The notes under the pieces are model-generated. The model made no database searches, had not been told where the DNA came from, and saw only the letters and a program-made list of their open reading frames with translations. From Halarcobacter sp. (GTDB lineage Bacteria; Campylobacterota; Campylobacteria; Campylobacterales; Arcobacteraceae), in NCBI GenBank assembly GCA_963676565.1, contig OY781089.1, positions 1,376,001 through 1,440,000 on the forward strand: 64,000 bases of DNA. The letters run 5' to 3'. This document shows, piece by piece, positions 49,055-59,095 of the stretch. A program made the translations under genes and the position numbers. Position 1 is the first letter of the stretch, and the number at the start of each line of letters is the position of its first letter.

Positions 49055-49162
49055 CTTTTTGGAACAAATTATATCTCTAAAAAAAGGTTATTAAGCCAAT
49101 AAGTAAGATTTTCTAATTTTGTTTCAAAATTTATAGATTATGTAATTCCATAAGTCTTTTTA

Positions 49163-49291
49163 TTATTTTTTTGTACTTTTCGATGGCTTCAAACTTTTTG
49201 TATTACCTGGAGTACTTTTATTGTCTCTACGTCTTTGATCAGGTTTTCCAGTAGATTTTGCAATAGGTTTTGGTCCTGGTTTTAATCCCAT
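49163..49291 (-). CDS. Small basic Pro/Lys-rich protein (42 aa), absent from the ORF track
   Basis: Strong RBS AAAGGAGGT. MGLKPGPKPIAKSTGKPDQRRRDNKSTPGNTKSLKPSKSTKK*, starting about 50 nt after the S8 protease stop on the same strand. Confidence 0.75.
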   Translation of the reverse strand: MGLKPGPKPIAKSTGKPDQRRRDNKSTPGNTKSLKPSKSTKK

Positions 49292-49340
49292 AATATTTTA
49301 CCTCCTTTCAAAAAATTTTAAATAGTTAAGTATTAATAAA

Positions 49341-51563
49341 TTATTCAAATTCAATTTCTTCTTCTGCAATATTAAATATATCAATTCTTGTATCTATATC
49401 AATTTTATTAACTAACCAACCTCTTAATTGAGCGTTTTTAATGAATTCATCAATTCTATTAACTCCATTGATCTCTTTTAGAGTTATTACAATACCAAAT
49501 TTAAGATTTTCTCCATATTTATCTTCAAGTCGCTCTTTTGTTTTGAGACTTAATCCCCATAAAGGGTTATTATAAGCTTTCAACTCTCTATTTTTACCTG
49601 TAAAAATATCTCGTATATGTTTTACATTATCCCATTTTCTGAATAGTCTACGTGCATCTTCTTCCCAAGTCTGATGATTATATTCCTCTGTTTGATAATT
49701 TTTATTAATTGATTGAATATTACCTTTGTTATTTAATCTACCAAACTTTATATCAAGTTCTGTATTAGTATAGTCTACACCTTGGTTTCTCGAGGATGCT
49801 GGGAAATAACAAAGGGTTGCTTTTGCAATAAATGGATGCTTTTCTTGAACTACAGGAACTGGTATATTATAAGTATAAGTATCATATTTTTCAGAAGTAC
49901 CTTGTATTATAAATTGTATTTCATCAGATTTACAATATATAATATCATCTATTTTTTTTGGTACAACTCCATGCCCTATAAGTGTTGGATCATTCTGTTG
50001 TATGTCCCATCCTGTTGCAGAGTGAATAAGTAATGCCTTTGCAACATCTCTACTTAATCCTAATATATTAATCAAATATGATAATTTTCTAGAGATCCAT
50101 GGAGCTGCAAATGAAGTTCCTTTTACCAATGCTTCGCCATTTGGAGTACATACTTTCATTGGATTTTTTGAATCACCACCATAATAACTAATATCAGGCT
50201 TAATAAAAAACGATAATACAGGTCCTTTTCTACAATAAGAAGAAGGTTGATTATTTTTATCTACAGAATTTACTACTAATGAATTTATAGAATCTGCAGG
50301 TGCACCAATTGATCTAGTTATAGTTTCTCCAAAAGATAAATTTGTTCCAGCTATAACAAATATAACATCATTCTCAAATTGAATTTTATCCAAGATAGCT
50401 GCTTCAGGAGATATAAAATTAGGATTTATATTGAGTTTTGAACCTAAAGATAAATTCCAAACTTTTATATCTTTATTCGCAGCTACTATTTCACTAATAT
50501 TTCTTAATATGGTAAATGAGTTAAAACTGTTACCACTAGCTACACCGAAATGTCTAACTCTAAATCTACCACATCCATCATCCAGATCAGGATTAAAAGT
50601 TGGTCCATCTACAATTATAGAAGAAACTGCCGTACCATGCTCAAAATCATTTTGAGAAATAGGAATTTCACTTGACAACATATTTGTATACTCAACCCAT
50701 TCCGAGAAATATACATTTTCATCAAATAGTGTATCAATAACACCAATTATTGGCTCATTTTTTGGAGAATCAATTTTTATTATTCCATCATCAATAAATT
50801 CAAAATCATCTTTTGTTATTTCAGATAGATCACTAACTGCCATTGATATTAAGAAAGGAGCTTTTGTTTTTAAGATTTCTAATTCATCAGGTCGTAATAA
50901 AATAGTAGTTTCATCCATGATACGGCTAGAAAGTATATTAATCCCTATTTTTTCTAAAAGTTGTATGGTTTTTACATCTGTTTTATATATAGTAATAATC
51001 GCATTTTTTTCAAACATTGCATCTTCAATAGATATATCAAATTTTTCAACATAATATGCATCTACAATGACATTAAGAAAAATTGTTTTAAAAATTGTTT
51101 TATGATTATACGGAATCTTTTTTTTATTAACTTTATTGATTGTGTCATAGTCAATGTTTCCATTAAACTGCTGATTTAAAATATTAATACTATCTGTTAA
51201 TCTTTGTATTGATTCATTTAATATATCTCGTGATATATAATGTGTAATTATGTGCTTGGGAGAGGCATCAAGTGAAAACTTGGCACCTACTATGGAATTA
51301 TTAGGTTTATTAGAACTATTTCCTAAAAGAGCTTGTATTCTGTTACTTTTGGCTGCAACTTTAATATAATGTACTGAAACAAGTGCTCCAGGAAGTAAGT
51401 TTTGACTTTTCCAATACTCTTTAAGCTCTTTTAAGTTTTTTAGTAAATCTTGTAATTTTGATACATCTATAGATTGTCCAGCCGGTAAATTAGGAGCTCC
51501 AAATCCATCTGCTGATCTAGATGCTTGTTCAAATCTTCCTTTTAATTGTAATAAGTTATTCAA
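49341..51563 (-). CDS. S8 subtilisin-like serine protease (IetS-like)
   Basis: Catalytic triad GVIDT / HGTAV / GTSFAAP; no signal peptide; coupled to the upstream AAA ATPase. Confidence 0.88.
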   Translation of the reverse strand: MNNLLQLKGRFEQASRSADGFGAPNLPAGQSIDVSKLQDLLKNLKELKEYWKSQNLLPGALVSVHYIKVAAKSNRIQALLGNSSNKPNNSIVGAKFSLDASPKHIITHYISRDILNESIQRLTDSINILNQQFNGNIDYDTINKVNKKKIPYNHKTIFKTIFLNVIVDAYYVEKFDISIEDAMFEKNAIITIYKTDVKTIQLLEKIGINILSSRIMDETTILLRPDELEILKTKAPFLISMAVSDLSEITKDDFEFIDDGIIKIDSPKNEPIIGVIDTLFDENVYFSEWVEYTNMLSSEIPISQNDFEHGTAVSSIIVDGPTFNPDLDDGCGRFRVRHFGVASGNSFNSFTILRNISEIVAANKDIKVWNLSLGSKLNINPNFISPEAAILDKIQFENDVIFVIAGTNLSFGETITRSIGAPADSINSLVVNSVDKNNQPSSYCRKGPVLSFFIKPDISYYGGDSKNPMKVCTPNGEALVKGTSFAAPWISRKLSYLINILGLSRDVAKALLIHSATGWDIQQNDPTLIGHGVVPKKIDDIIYCKSDEIQFIIQGTSEKYDTYTYNIPVPVVQEKHPFIAKATLCYFPASSRNQGVDYTNTELDIKFGRLNNKGNIQSINKNYQTEEYNHQTWEEDARRLFRKWDNVKHIRDIFTGKNRELKAYNNPLWGLSLKTKERLEDKYGENLKFGIVITLKEINGVNRIDEFIKNAQLRGWLVNKIDIDTRIDIFNIAEEEIEFE

Positions 51564-51565
51564 TG

Positions 51566-52603
51566 TTACTCCTTTAACTCTCTAGAAACTTGACTTTTTG
51601 ATATGCCAGTTAAAATCTCAATTTCCCTTACCGTAAAGCCTTTACTTTGCATATGTTTTAAATCCATACTTTCATCAGTTTTAGTAACATTAATATATAG
51701 CTTTTTTAAGTAATCATATTCATTACTAGGATCACTAAATGCTATTGATGTCTTTATAAGATTTTTAAGTTCTCCTGGATATGGTATTACATCCATACTT
51801 TCAAGTATTTTTTTAAACAATCTAATATTTCTTCCTGTGAATTTAAATTTCTGTAACATGTCATTTAAAATCGCTTCACCAACTTCAATAAGATCTTGTT
51901 TTGTATAATTACTAAAATCTATAATAGCATCAAATCTTCTAGATAATGCCTTATCAAATGCTTTATATAAATTAGTAGTTGCAATTAACACAATATTATT
52001 ATTTAAATTATCTAATCCTTTTAAAACAGAAGAGGTTGCTCTACCCATTTCTCTTAAATCATTAGAGTTAATTCTATCAATGGCTATAGAATCTATTTCA
52101 TCAAAAAGAATAATAACTTTATCTGGATTTGCTACTGAAGAAATTTCTTTGAAAAGCAATGAAATATTTTTAGAAGTTTGTCCCAGTTTACTATCTATGA
52201 CAGAATCAAAATCTACAATAAATAATTCTCGCTCAAGTATTCTTGCAATTTGTTTAGCTGTTTCAGTTTTACCTGTGCCAGGAGGTCCTTCAAATAAGAA
52301 TTTATTTACTCCAGCATTATGTCCAATAGCATTTATCAGCCCTAAAATATTATTTTTAATTGAATTGGGCAGAGGTAATGGATTATTTGATGTTTCAATT
52401 CTCTTAACAAAAATATTTTCATTAGAATCTATTTGAGGGGAAAAAGTATTGGTATCTGATAATAAAGCCATAATATATTCAGAAAGTTGATAGTCATTAC
52501 TTTTGTCAAAATATTTTGCAATTTCATATGCTTCATTTCTAAAAGCATCTTCATTTTTTTCTGCATGATATTTTATTAAGTTTAATATATTTTTTTTCTT
52601 CAT
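51566..52603 (-). CDS. AAA+ ATPase with C-terminal HTH (IetA-like)
   Basis: GPPGTGKT, LFDEID, ATTN, RRFD; C-terminal TVREIEILTGISKSQVSREL HTH. Confidence 0.88.
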   Translation of the reverse strand: MKKKNILNLIKYHAEKNEDAFRNEAYEIAKYFDKSNDYQLSEYIMALLSDTNTFSPQIDSNENIFVKRIETSNNPLPLPNSIKNNILGLINAIGHNAGVNKFLFEGPPGTGKTETAKQIARILERELFIVDFDSVIDSKLGQTSKNISLLFKEISSVANPDKVIILFDEIDSIAIDRINSNDLREMGRATSSVLKGLDNLNNNIVLIATTNLYKAFDKALSRRFDAIIDFSNYTKQDLIEVGEAILNDMLQKFKFTGRNIRLFKKILESMDVIPYPGELKNLIKTSIAFSDPSNEYDYLKKLYINVTKTDESMDLKHMQSKGFTVREIEILTGISKSQVSRELKE

Positions 52604-52625
52604 TTTAATTCCCTTTTAAAAATAT

Positions 52626-52665
52626 ATTATATCTTGTTCGGGACATAAAATCAATAGTTGGGACA
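52626..52665 (-). promoter_or_regulatory. sigma70 promoter of the ATPase-protease operon with TGTCCC repeats
   Basis: Minus strand TTGATT-N17-TATAAT; TGTCCC occurs twice, 20 bp apart, flanking the -35. Confidence 0.65.
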
Positions 52666-52836
52666 AAACATTAATAATTAATTTATATGAATTTGAAAAT
52701 ATTCGCTTTAATTTCGCCTTAAAAAATTCACTTCAACATATAGTTATTCAAAAAGTAGTTAAAATAAAAGCTCTTTAAATTGGCATGTTTTCAGAAGTTA
52801 ATATAAAAAAAGTATCTTCATAATAGATACAAACCT

Positions 52837-52907
52837 AAAGTTCCTTAACCTGTTATATTTGGAACTTTTAACTAAAACTTAAAGTCGTGTTCCAAATATA
52901 AGAGGTT
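52837..52907. repeat. Recombination-site-like cluster of inverted half-sites
   Basis: AACCTGTTATATTTGGAAC (52847) and its inverted copy GTTCCAAATATAAGAGGTT (52889); also AAAGTTCC/GGAACTTT dyad. Confidence 0.7.
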
Positions 52908-52976
52908 TAGGTAAAGATTATCCAAAGTTTTATGTCAATTTATTATTGTTCGGTCAAAATATATTGGATTGTTTTA

Positions 52977-55900
52977 TTAAAATTCTATTCTAAAAACTGC
53001 TCCCATTAATTCTTTATTTTTAAATAAATATTTTTCATTAGATACTGATATATTGCCATGAAATTGTTTTGTTATAATTTGATATGTCATATATAACCCG
53101 AGTCCTGTTCCCATTGATTCGTGTTTTGTAGTAAAATATGGTTCAAATATTTTTTCAAATATTTTTTCATCTATTCCACCTGCATTATCTTTTAACTTAA
53201 CAATATTTTTATCTTTGTATTTTTCTAATGATATAAAAAATAGTTTTTCTTCTTGTTCATTTTCTTTTAATGCATCAATTGCATTATTATAGATATTAAT
53301 AAGTGCTTGGATTAATAAGTTATCATTTCCTTCAATATATATATCATCTAATAAGTTTTTATGGACTTTAATAAAGTTATGATTAAAAGAATCAGCTGTC
53401 AATTCTTCAACTCTTAATAAAGTTTCTTTTAAGTTAAACTCTTTTCTAAGTGAAATATCCCCTTTAAAGAAATTTCTAAAATCATCAATAGTTTTTGAAA
53501 GGTGTTGTGTATGTTCATTAATTTTGTCAAGAGTATTCATGACTTCTTCTTTTGGGAATAACTCTTCTGAAATTTCTAAAGAAAGTTTTAAACCTGTTGA
53601 GGCAGTAGAAATTATTGAAAGAGGTTGTCTCCATTGATGAGCAATATTGCCAATCATTTCACCTACAGCAGAAGTTCTTGCTTGTTGTAATAACATCTTT
53701 TCTTGTTGTTTTTGAGTAGTTATATCAGAAAATATACCTACGTAGTTTTCTATTTTATTGTTTTGTTTAATAGAACTAATTGATAGCAACTCTTCATAGG
53801 TATTGCCATTTTTATTTTTATTTATTATTTCCCCAGACCAATGACCTTCATCATAAATCTTTTTCCACATATTTTTATAGAAATTACTATCATGCTTATT
53901 TGATTTTAAAATTGAAAGATTCTCTCCAAGAACCTCACTCTCTTTATACCCAGTTGTTTGAGTAAAAGCTGGATTTACACTTATGATTTTATTATTACTA
54001 TCTGTAATCACAATTCCATCATGGGTATTTTTAAATACTAACAATGCTTGGTGCATGTTTTTTTCATAATTTTTTCTATTAGTAATATCTTGAATAGTTC
54101 CAAATAATCTTTCTGGTTCATTTGTTTCTTTATTATTAACAAAAATACCTAGTCCATGAACCCATTTTGTTTTTTTTGTTGTGTAGTCTATAATTCTATA
54201 TTCTTTATCAAACTTTTCTTGATTCACTATTAACTTTTGAAAATAATTATACATCATTGTCTTATCTTCTGGATGAATTAAATCAATCCATGTATCAAAA
54301 CTTTTTTTATAATCATTTGATATTCCAAATATATTATCTAATATTGGTGATGTAGTAAATGAATTATTTTGTATATCGTAATCATAATGACCAATCTTTG
54401 AAATACTTTGAGCTTCCAATAACTCTTTTTCTTGCTCTTTTAAATATGTTATATCTTGAACTGCTCCAATTAATTTTATAACTTTACCATTTTCTATAAT
54501 TGGATTACCTATTATTGTTAAAGTTTTAACTTCGCCATCTTTTTTTATTCTATATTCAAAATGAAAGGAAGTTTTTTCTTTTAAAGCAGTTTCAACTTCT
54601 TTTCTATGTTTTTCTAAATCATCTTTTAAAATTAATGATTCAATTACTTCAATATTGACTTTTTTCTTATTTTCTATACCGTAAATATCATAAGTGATGT
54701 CTGACCAAGTAAAAATATCATTAATAATATCCCATTCCCAAGTTCCAAGGTCTGCAATTTTCACAGCATTGTCTAGCGTATTTTTTAAATTTAATACTTC
54801 TTGGTTCTTCTTTTCTAGTCTTTCATCGTTTAATTTTTCATCATTTATATCTTGTATAATTGATATGAAATAGTTAGGTTTTCCATCTTCTTTTAAAATC
54901 ATAGTTACTGTAAGTTTTATCCAAATTAAAGAACCATCTTTTTTTATGTATCGCTTTTCCATTTCATATGAGTCAATCTCTTGATTTAACATTTGATTGA
55001 CATATTCTAAATCTTTGTCTAAATCATCAGGATAAGTGATATCTTGAAATGTTATATTTAATAGTTCTTCTTTTCCATAACCAATTATTTGACATAACTT
55101 ATCATTTACTTCTAACCACACTCCATTTAAACCTACTCGTGCTATCCCTATACCTGAATAGTTAAATATTTTTTTTAGTTTAACTTCACTCTCTTTTATT
55201 TTTCTATCTTTTATATTTTGTTCAGTAATATCACTAAATACACCAATATAATTTAATACATTTTTATCTTTATCAAATATAGTATTTATTGTTAGCCATT
55301 CTGTAAATAAACTTCCATTTTTAGTTTTATTAGTTACTTCCCCTTCCCAATAACCATCTTTATTAATTTTATCCCACATATTTTTATAAAATTCGCTTGA
55401 GTGTATATCTGATTTTAAAATATTTGTTTTTATGTTTAATATCTCTTTTTTACTATACCCTGTAATTTTAGTAAATGCTCTATTTACATCAATAAGTTTT
55501 GTATCCTTATCAGTAATCATAATTCCATCACGAGTATTATTAAATACTGAATATGTTTGTTTTAATCTTTTCTCTCTATCTTTTCTTTGGGTTATATCTT
55601 GACCAATAACAATATAGTTATATAATCCTTCTTTATGAATTGTTGATAAATTAAAATCTATAATGGCTTCTTCTTTTTTTGAAGTTAAAGCTTTTAATTC
55701 TTTTTGAATATTCTTTTCACTATCACCAAATAATAGGATTTCTTCTAAAAAAACTTTTTCACTAATATCCCAGCAATCTAAATCCCAGAAGTTTAATCCT
55801 TTTAAGTGTTTCTTTTTTTCATTTAAAAACTTTGTTGAGATATTATTTATATCAAGTATCTTTCCTTTATTATCTAATACTGTTGCTAATAAATGTGAAT

Positions 55901-56900
55901 CTTCAAAAAGTAATTTAAACTTTTCTTGTTCTTCTAATTGTTGTTTGTGTAGTATTATCTCATGTTCTCTTGTTCTATTGTAAAGATAGAATAAAAATAG
56001 TGCTATTAAAGTTGTTAAAACAATTGTTATAATTGTAATGATAAAAAAGTCATATTGTTTTTTATCCCAACTTATTAAACTTTTATCATAATCTAATTTT
56101 ACAGATAAATTAATAGGAAAGTTATCAGTTAAAATATAAGTTATAATGTATTTTTTGCCATCAAGTATTTCTATTCCTGTTATTTCACTTTTTTCTATTG
56201 TTTGTTCAAGTAACTTATCTTCTTTTATTTTCTTACCAATGGTTTTTGATTCATCTGTTGAAAGCAATAGTATTCCATCTAATCTAACTAATTCAAAAAT
56301 CACTTCATTTGATTTTATATTTGCAAGGAATCTATTTTTAAAATAATCATTATTTAAATTAACAATAACAGTAAAATTACCTTTTTTTGCATTTATTTTT
56401 TTAGCAATAGGTATAAAAAAAGATTCATTCTTTTCGATTTTATCCTCAAAGGAATAAACATCATTTCCATTAATAAAATCTCTTCCTATCCAAGGAGTAG
56501 ATATTTTTAGTATATTATCTTCAAATATTGGTTGAGGAAACAAATTAAGGTTATTTACAACTAAACCTAAATTAGTTGTATTAGAACTATATTCAACAGT
56601 ATCATTTTTTAGTATATTTATTGACCTAATTTGAGGATAGTTTCTTTGAGTATCAATTAATCTTGAATTTATCTTATCTTTTAGAGCATACAAATCGATA
56701 ATCGAAGGTATATTATTGATAACTTGTTCAATATTCGTAAGGTCTTGATTTAATTCTTTTGAAAAAGATTTAGCATTTAATTTAGATATTGTAAGATAGT
56801 TATTAACAGCTTCTTCTTTTAACATGGAAGAAGCCATAAATATAATTGATAAGATAATAGTAAAGCCAGCTACTATTCCAATACCTAATTTATAATTCAT
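52977..56900 (-). CDS. Multi-PAS sensor histidine kinase with periplasmic Cache-like domain
   Basis: Two TM helices, about six PAS/PAC repeats, IAHQWRQP, DNAGG, GTGLGL. Confidence 0.9.
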   Translation of the reverse strand: MNYKLGIGIVAGFTIILSIIFMASSMLKEEAVNNYLTISKLNAKSFSKELNQDLTNIEQVINNIPSIIDLYALKDKINSRLIDTQRNYPQIRSINILKNDTVEYSSNTTNLGLVVNNLNLFPQPIFEDNILKISTPWIGRDFINGNDVYSFEDKIEKNESFFIPIAKKINAKKGNFTVIVNLNNDYFKNRFLANIKSNEVIFELVRLDGILLLSTDESKTIGKKIKEDKLLEQTIEKSEITGIEILDGKKYIITYILTDNFPINLSVKLDYDKSLISWDKKQYDFFIITIITIVLTTLIALFLFYLYNRTREHEIILHKQQLEEQEKFKLLFEDSHLLATVLDNKGKILDINNISTKFLNEKKKHLKGLNFWDLDCWDISEKVFLEEILLFGDSEKNIQKELKALTSKKEEAIIDFNLSTIHKEGLYNYIVIGQDITQRKDREKRLKQTYSVFNNTRDGIMITDKDTKLIDVNRAFTKITGYSKKEILNIKTNILKSDIHSSEFYKNMWDKINKDGYWEGEVTNKTKNGSLFTEWLTINTIFDKDKNVLNYIGVFSDITEQNIKDRKIKESEVKLKKIFNYSGIGIARVGLNGVWLEVNDKLCQIIGYGKEELLNITFQDITYPDDLDKDLEYVNQMLNQEIDSYEMEKRYIKKDGSLIWIKLTVTMILKEDGKPNYFISIIQDINDEKLNDERLEKKNQEVLNLKNTLDNAVKIADLGTWEWDIINDIFTWSDITYDIYGIENKKKVNIEVIESLILKDDLEKHRKEVETALKEKTSFHFEYRIKKDGEVKTLTIIGNPIIENGKVIKLIGAVQDITYLKEQEKELLEAQSISKIGHYDYDIQNNSFTTSPILDNIFGISNDYKKSFDTWIDLIHPEDKTMMYNYFQKLIVNQEKFDKEYRIIDYTTKKTKWVHGLGIFVNNKETNEPERLFGTIQDITNRKNYEKNMHQALLVFKNTHDGIVITDSNNKIISVNPAFTQTTGYKESEVLGENLSILKSNKHDSNFYKNMWKKIYDEGHWSGEIINKNKNGNTYEELLSISSIKQNNKIENYVGIFSDITTQKQQEKMLLQQARTSAVGEMIGNIAHQWRQPLSIISTASTGLKLSLEISEELFPKEEVMNTLDKINEHTQHLSKTIDDFRNFFKGDISLRKEFNLKETLLRVEELTADSFNHNFIKVHKNLLDDIYIEGNDNLLIQALINIYNNAIDALKENEQEEKLFFISLEKYKDKNIVKLKDNAGGIDEKIFEKIFEPYFTTKHESMGTGLGLYMTYQIITKQFHGNISVSNEKYLFKNKELMGAVFRIEF

Positions 56901-56908
56901 ATTTGTAC

Positions 56909-57697
56909 TTATTTTAATTTAGCAATAGGTTCCAAACCATTTTTCTTTGCAAGTTTTAAAAGTCTTCCATCTTTTTTTATATCACTAATAAACTTTTCTA
57001 CTCTTAGATGAAATTTATCATCACCATATGCCATTGTCCATGCATAAGGAGTTAAGTGATATGTTGTTTCTGGGATTATTAACTTTGCCCAATCAGTTTT
57101 TGCAAGCATTTTTTTACCGTATGGATAATCTGTCATAAAAACATCAGCTCTTCCAGATTGAACTTCTTCTTCTCTTTGTTTAAAACCTTTTATAACAAGA
57201 AGTTCTGCATTTTTAAGTTTTTCTTTCACAACAGGTTCATGGTAAGTTCCTTTTGCAACGGCAACTACTACACCTTTTTTATCAATATCATCCCATGATT
57301 GAATTTTTTTATTTGTTTTAGTAGTTACTGCATAAATATCACTTTCTAGGTGAGGAGTTGTAAATCTAATTTTTGCACGTCTTGCTTCTGTATTACCAAT
57401 TGCAAACATTGCAATATCACATTTATCACTAGTAACGTCTTTAATTAAAGTGGGAAATGAACTTTTTACAAGTTTTAATTTTACACCTAAATCTTTTGCT
57501 AATTCTACTGATAAATCACTATCTATACCTACAAGTTTTTGAGTTCTAGGGTCAATATATGAAATTCCATAATACTGGGGCCATATACAAACTCTTAATT
57601 CATTATTAGATTTTATTTTATCAAGTCTATTTTCTTGTGCATTTAATAAAATAGCACTTAACATTATAAGAAAAGTTAATTTTATGAAATGTTTCAT
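56909..57697 (-). CDS. Family 3 solute-binding protein (polar amino acid/cyclohexadienyl dehydratase-like)
   Basis: Signal peptide; LVGIDSDL, DIAMFAI, FTTPH, ADVFMTD. Confidence 0.85.
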   Translation of the reverse strand: MKHFIKLTFLIMLSAILLNAQENRLDKIKSNNELRVCIWPQYYGISYIDPRTQKLVGIDSDLSVELAKDLGVKLKLVKSSFPTLIKDVTSDKCDIAMFAIGNTEARRAKIRFTTPHLESDIYAVTTKTNKKIQSWDDIDKKGVVVAVAKGTYHEPVVKEKLKNAELLVIKGFKQREEEVQSGRADVFMTDYPYGKKMLAKTDWAKLIIPETTYHLTPYAWTMAYGDDKFHLRVEKFISDIKKDGRLLKLAKKNGLEPIAKLK

Positions 57698-57825
57698 TAA
57701 TTATCTCCATTTTAATATCTTTTAATTATTATAATCATAACCAAATATTCTATAATAATTCTTAACTATTTGAGTAAGTATACTACTATTAACTAAGATA
57801 AATGAGCTTTAAAAATAAATCCCAC

Positions 57826-57846
57826 AACCTGTAATATTTGGAACTT
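57826..57846 (+). repeat. Direct copy of the 21-bp site at 52847
   Basis: AACCTGTAATATTTGGAACTT versus AACCTGTTATATTTGGAACTT (20/21). Confidence 0.75.
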
Positions 57847-58047
57847 ACTTTATATCATGAGCAATTGTTTTAATGACTATAAGTTACTGCCATAAAACTC
57901 TAAGTAGTCTTTATAAAATTCACAAATACAATAAAATTTTATACTAGCTATTATGTAATTTTTTAATTAACAGATAAACATATAAAATACTGATTTTTAT
58001 AATGTTAACTCTCTTTAATCTATAGTTTATTTTAATTACAGAGAATA

Positions 58048-58432
58048 TAACTTTTGAAAGAAACGTAGAATTTTTTAATAATCTTACTATGTTAAGTATA
58101 TATAAAGTACTTTAGCCCTAATTTAGGGCTATTCTATATAAGTGTGAGTAACTTTTGAGAAAAAACTACAAATTGAAAGTGTAAGTTAAAATAGTAACAA
58201 TTATTGCCCTGAAATAGGTCATCAAAACAAAATCTAGGTAACTTTTGAAAGAAATGTAGGGTTTTTTTTAAATTTCACTATGTTAAGTTTAGATAGAAAA
58301 ATACTACACTCCTAATTTAGGGATATTCTACATACGTGTTAGTAACTTTTGAGAAAAAACTATAAATTGAAAGTGTAAGTTAAAATAGTAACAATAATTA
58401 CTCTGAAATAAGCCATCAAAACAAAGTGTATG
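58048..58432. repeat. Diverged tandem duplication with units of about 191-194 bp
   Basis: Units start TAACTTTTGAAAGAAA at 58048 and 58239. They share CTATGTTAAGT, CCTAATTTAGGG, AGTAACTTTTGAGAAAAAACTA-AAATTGAAAGTGTAAGTTAAAATAGTAACAAT and CATCAAAACAAA. Confidence 0.85.
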
Positions 58433-58573
58433 TATTTTTTCAAAAAAATAAAAAAACTTTTAAGAAAAGAAATACCATATTTTAATGTGATTTTAAAAAT
58501 TCAATAACTATTCTAGGAGATATTTAGAAATGAATAAGTCAATTTCTATTTGCAATTGAAAATAAAAGAAGAA

Positions 58574-58705
58574 AATGATTTACACTCTGTTAAAGAGTGA
58601 GTTCCCCATAATGAAATAATAAATCGATAAGATTTTATGGAATAGTTGTATATAATTTTGCCTTCGGCTAAATTGTAATACAAATGGGTAACTCGCTTAC
58701 AACTA
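58574..58705 (+). repeat. 132-bp structured element, copy 1 of an inverted pair
   Basis: 128/132 identical to the reverse complement of 59096-59227. Confidence 0.9.
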
Positions 58706-59095
58706 CATATTCCTAAGTATTGGTATTTAAAGATAGTAAAATTTTATTAAAATAAACTAGGACATAATAAATAGTGTATAAAACCTAATTAATTCATAGA
58801 TAAATTTATATTAAGTTAATAATAACTATCTGATAAGTTTTGAGTAAAGATAAAATAAAAACTTTATAGGAGAAGTCTAGTTTTGTATTAATTGTACTAA
58901 ATTCTTTTCAAGTAAATAAAACTGGGTATTTAGTCAATATGATAGTTCAATAAATTTATATATAAAACAAGTGCATTTTATATTAAAATTAATAACATAC
59001 TATTAGTATTTTTAGTTTATATTATATATATTTTATCATTTTCTTTGTATCTTTTTACTGAATCAATTGTTTTTAGCTACGATAATTTGGGAAGC

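Noticed and set aside
58048..58432. CRISPR array
   Set aside because: Only two long units with repeated intervening sequence, no unique spacers and no cas genes.
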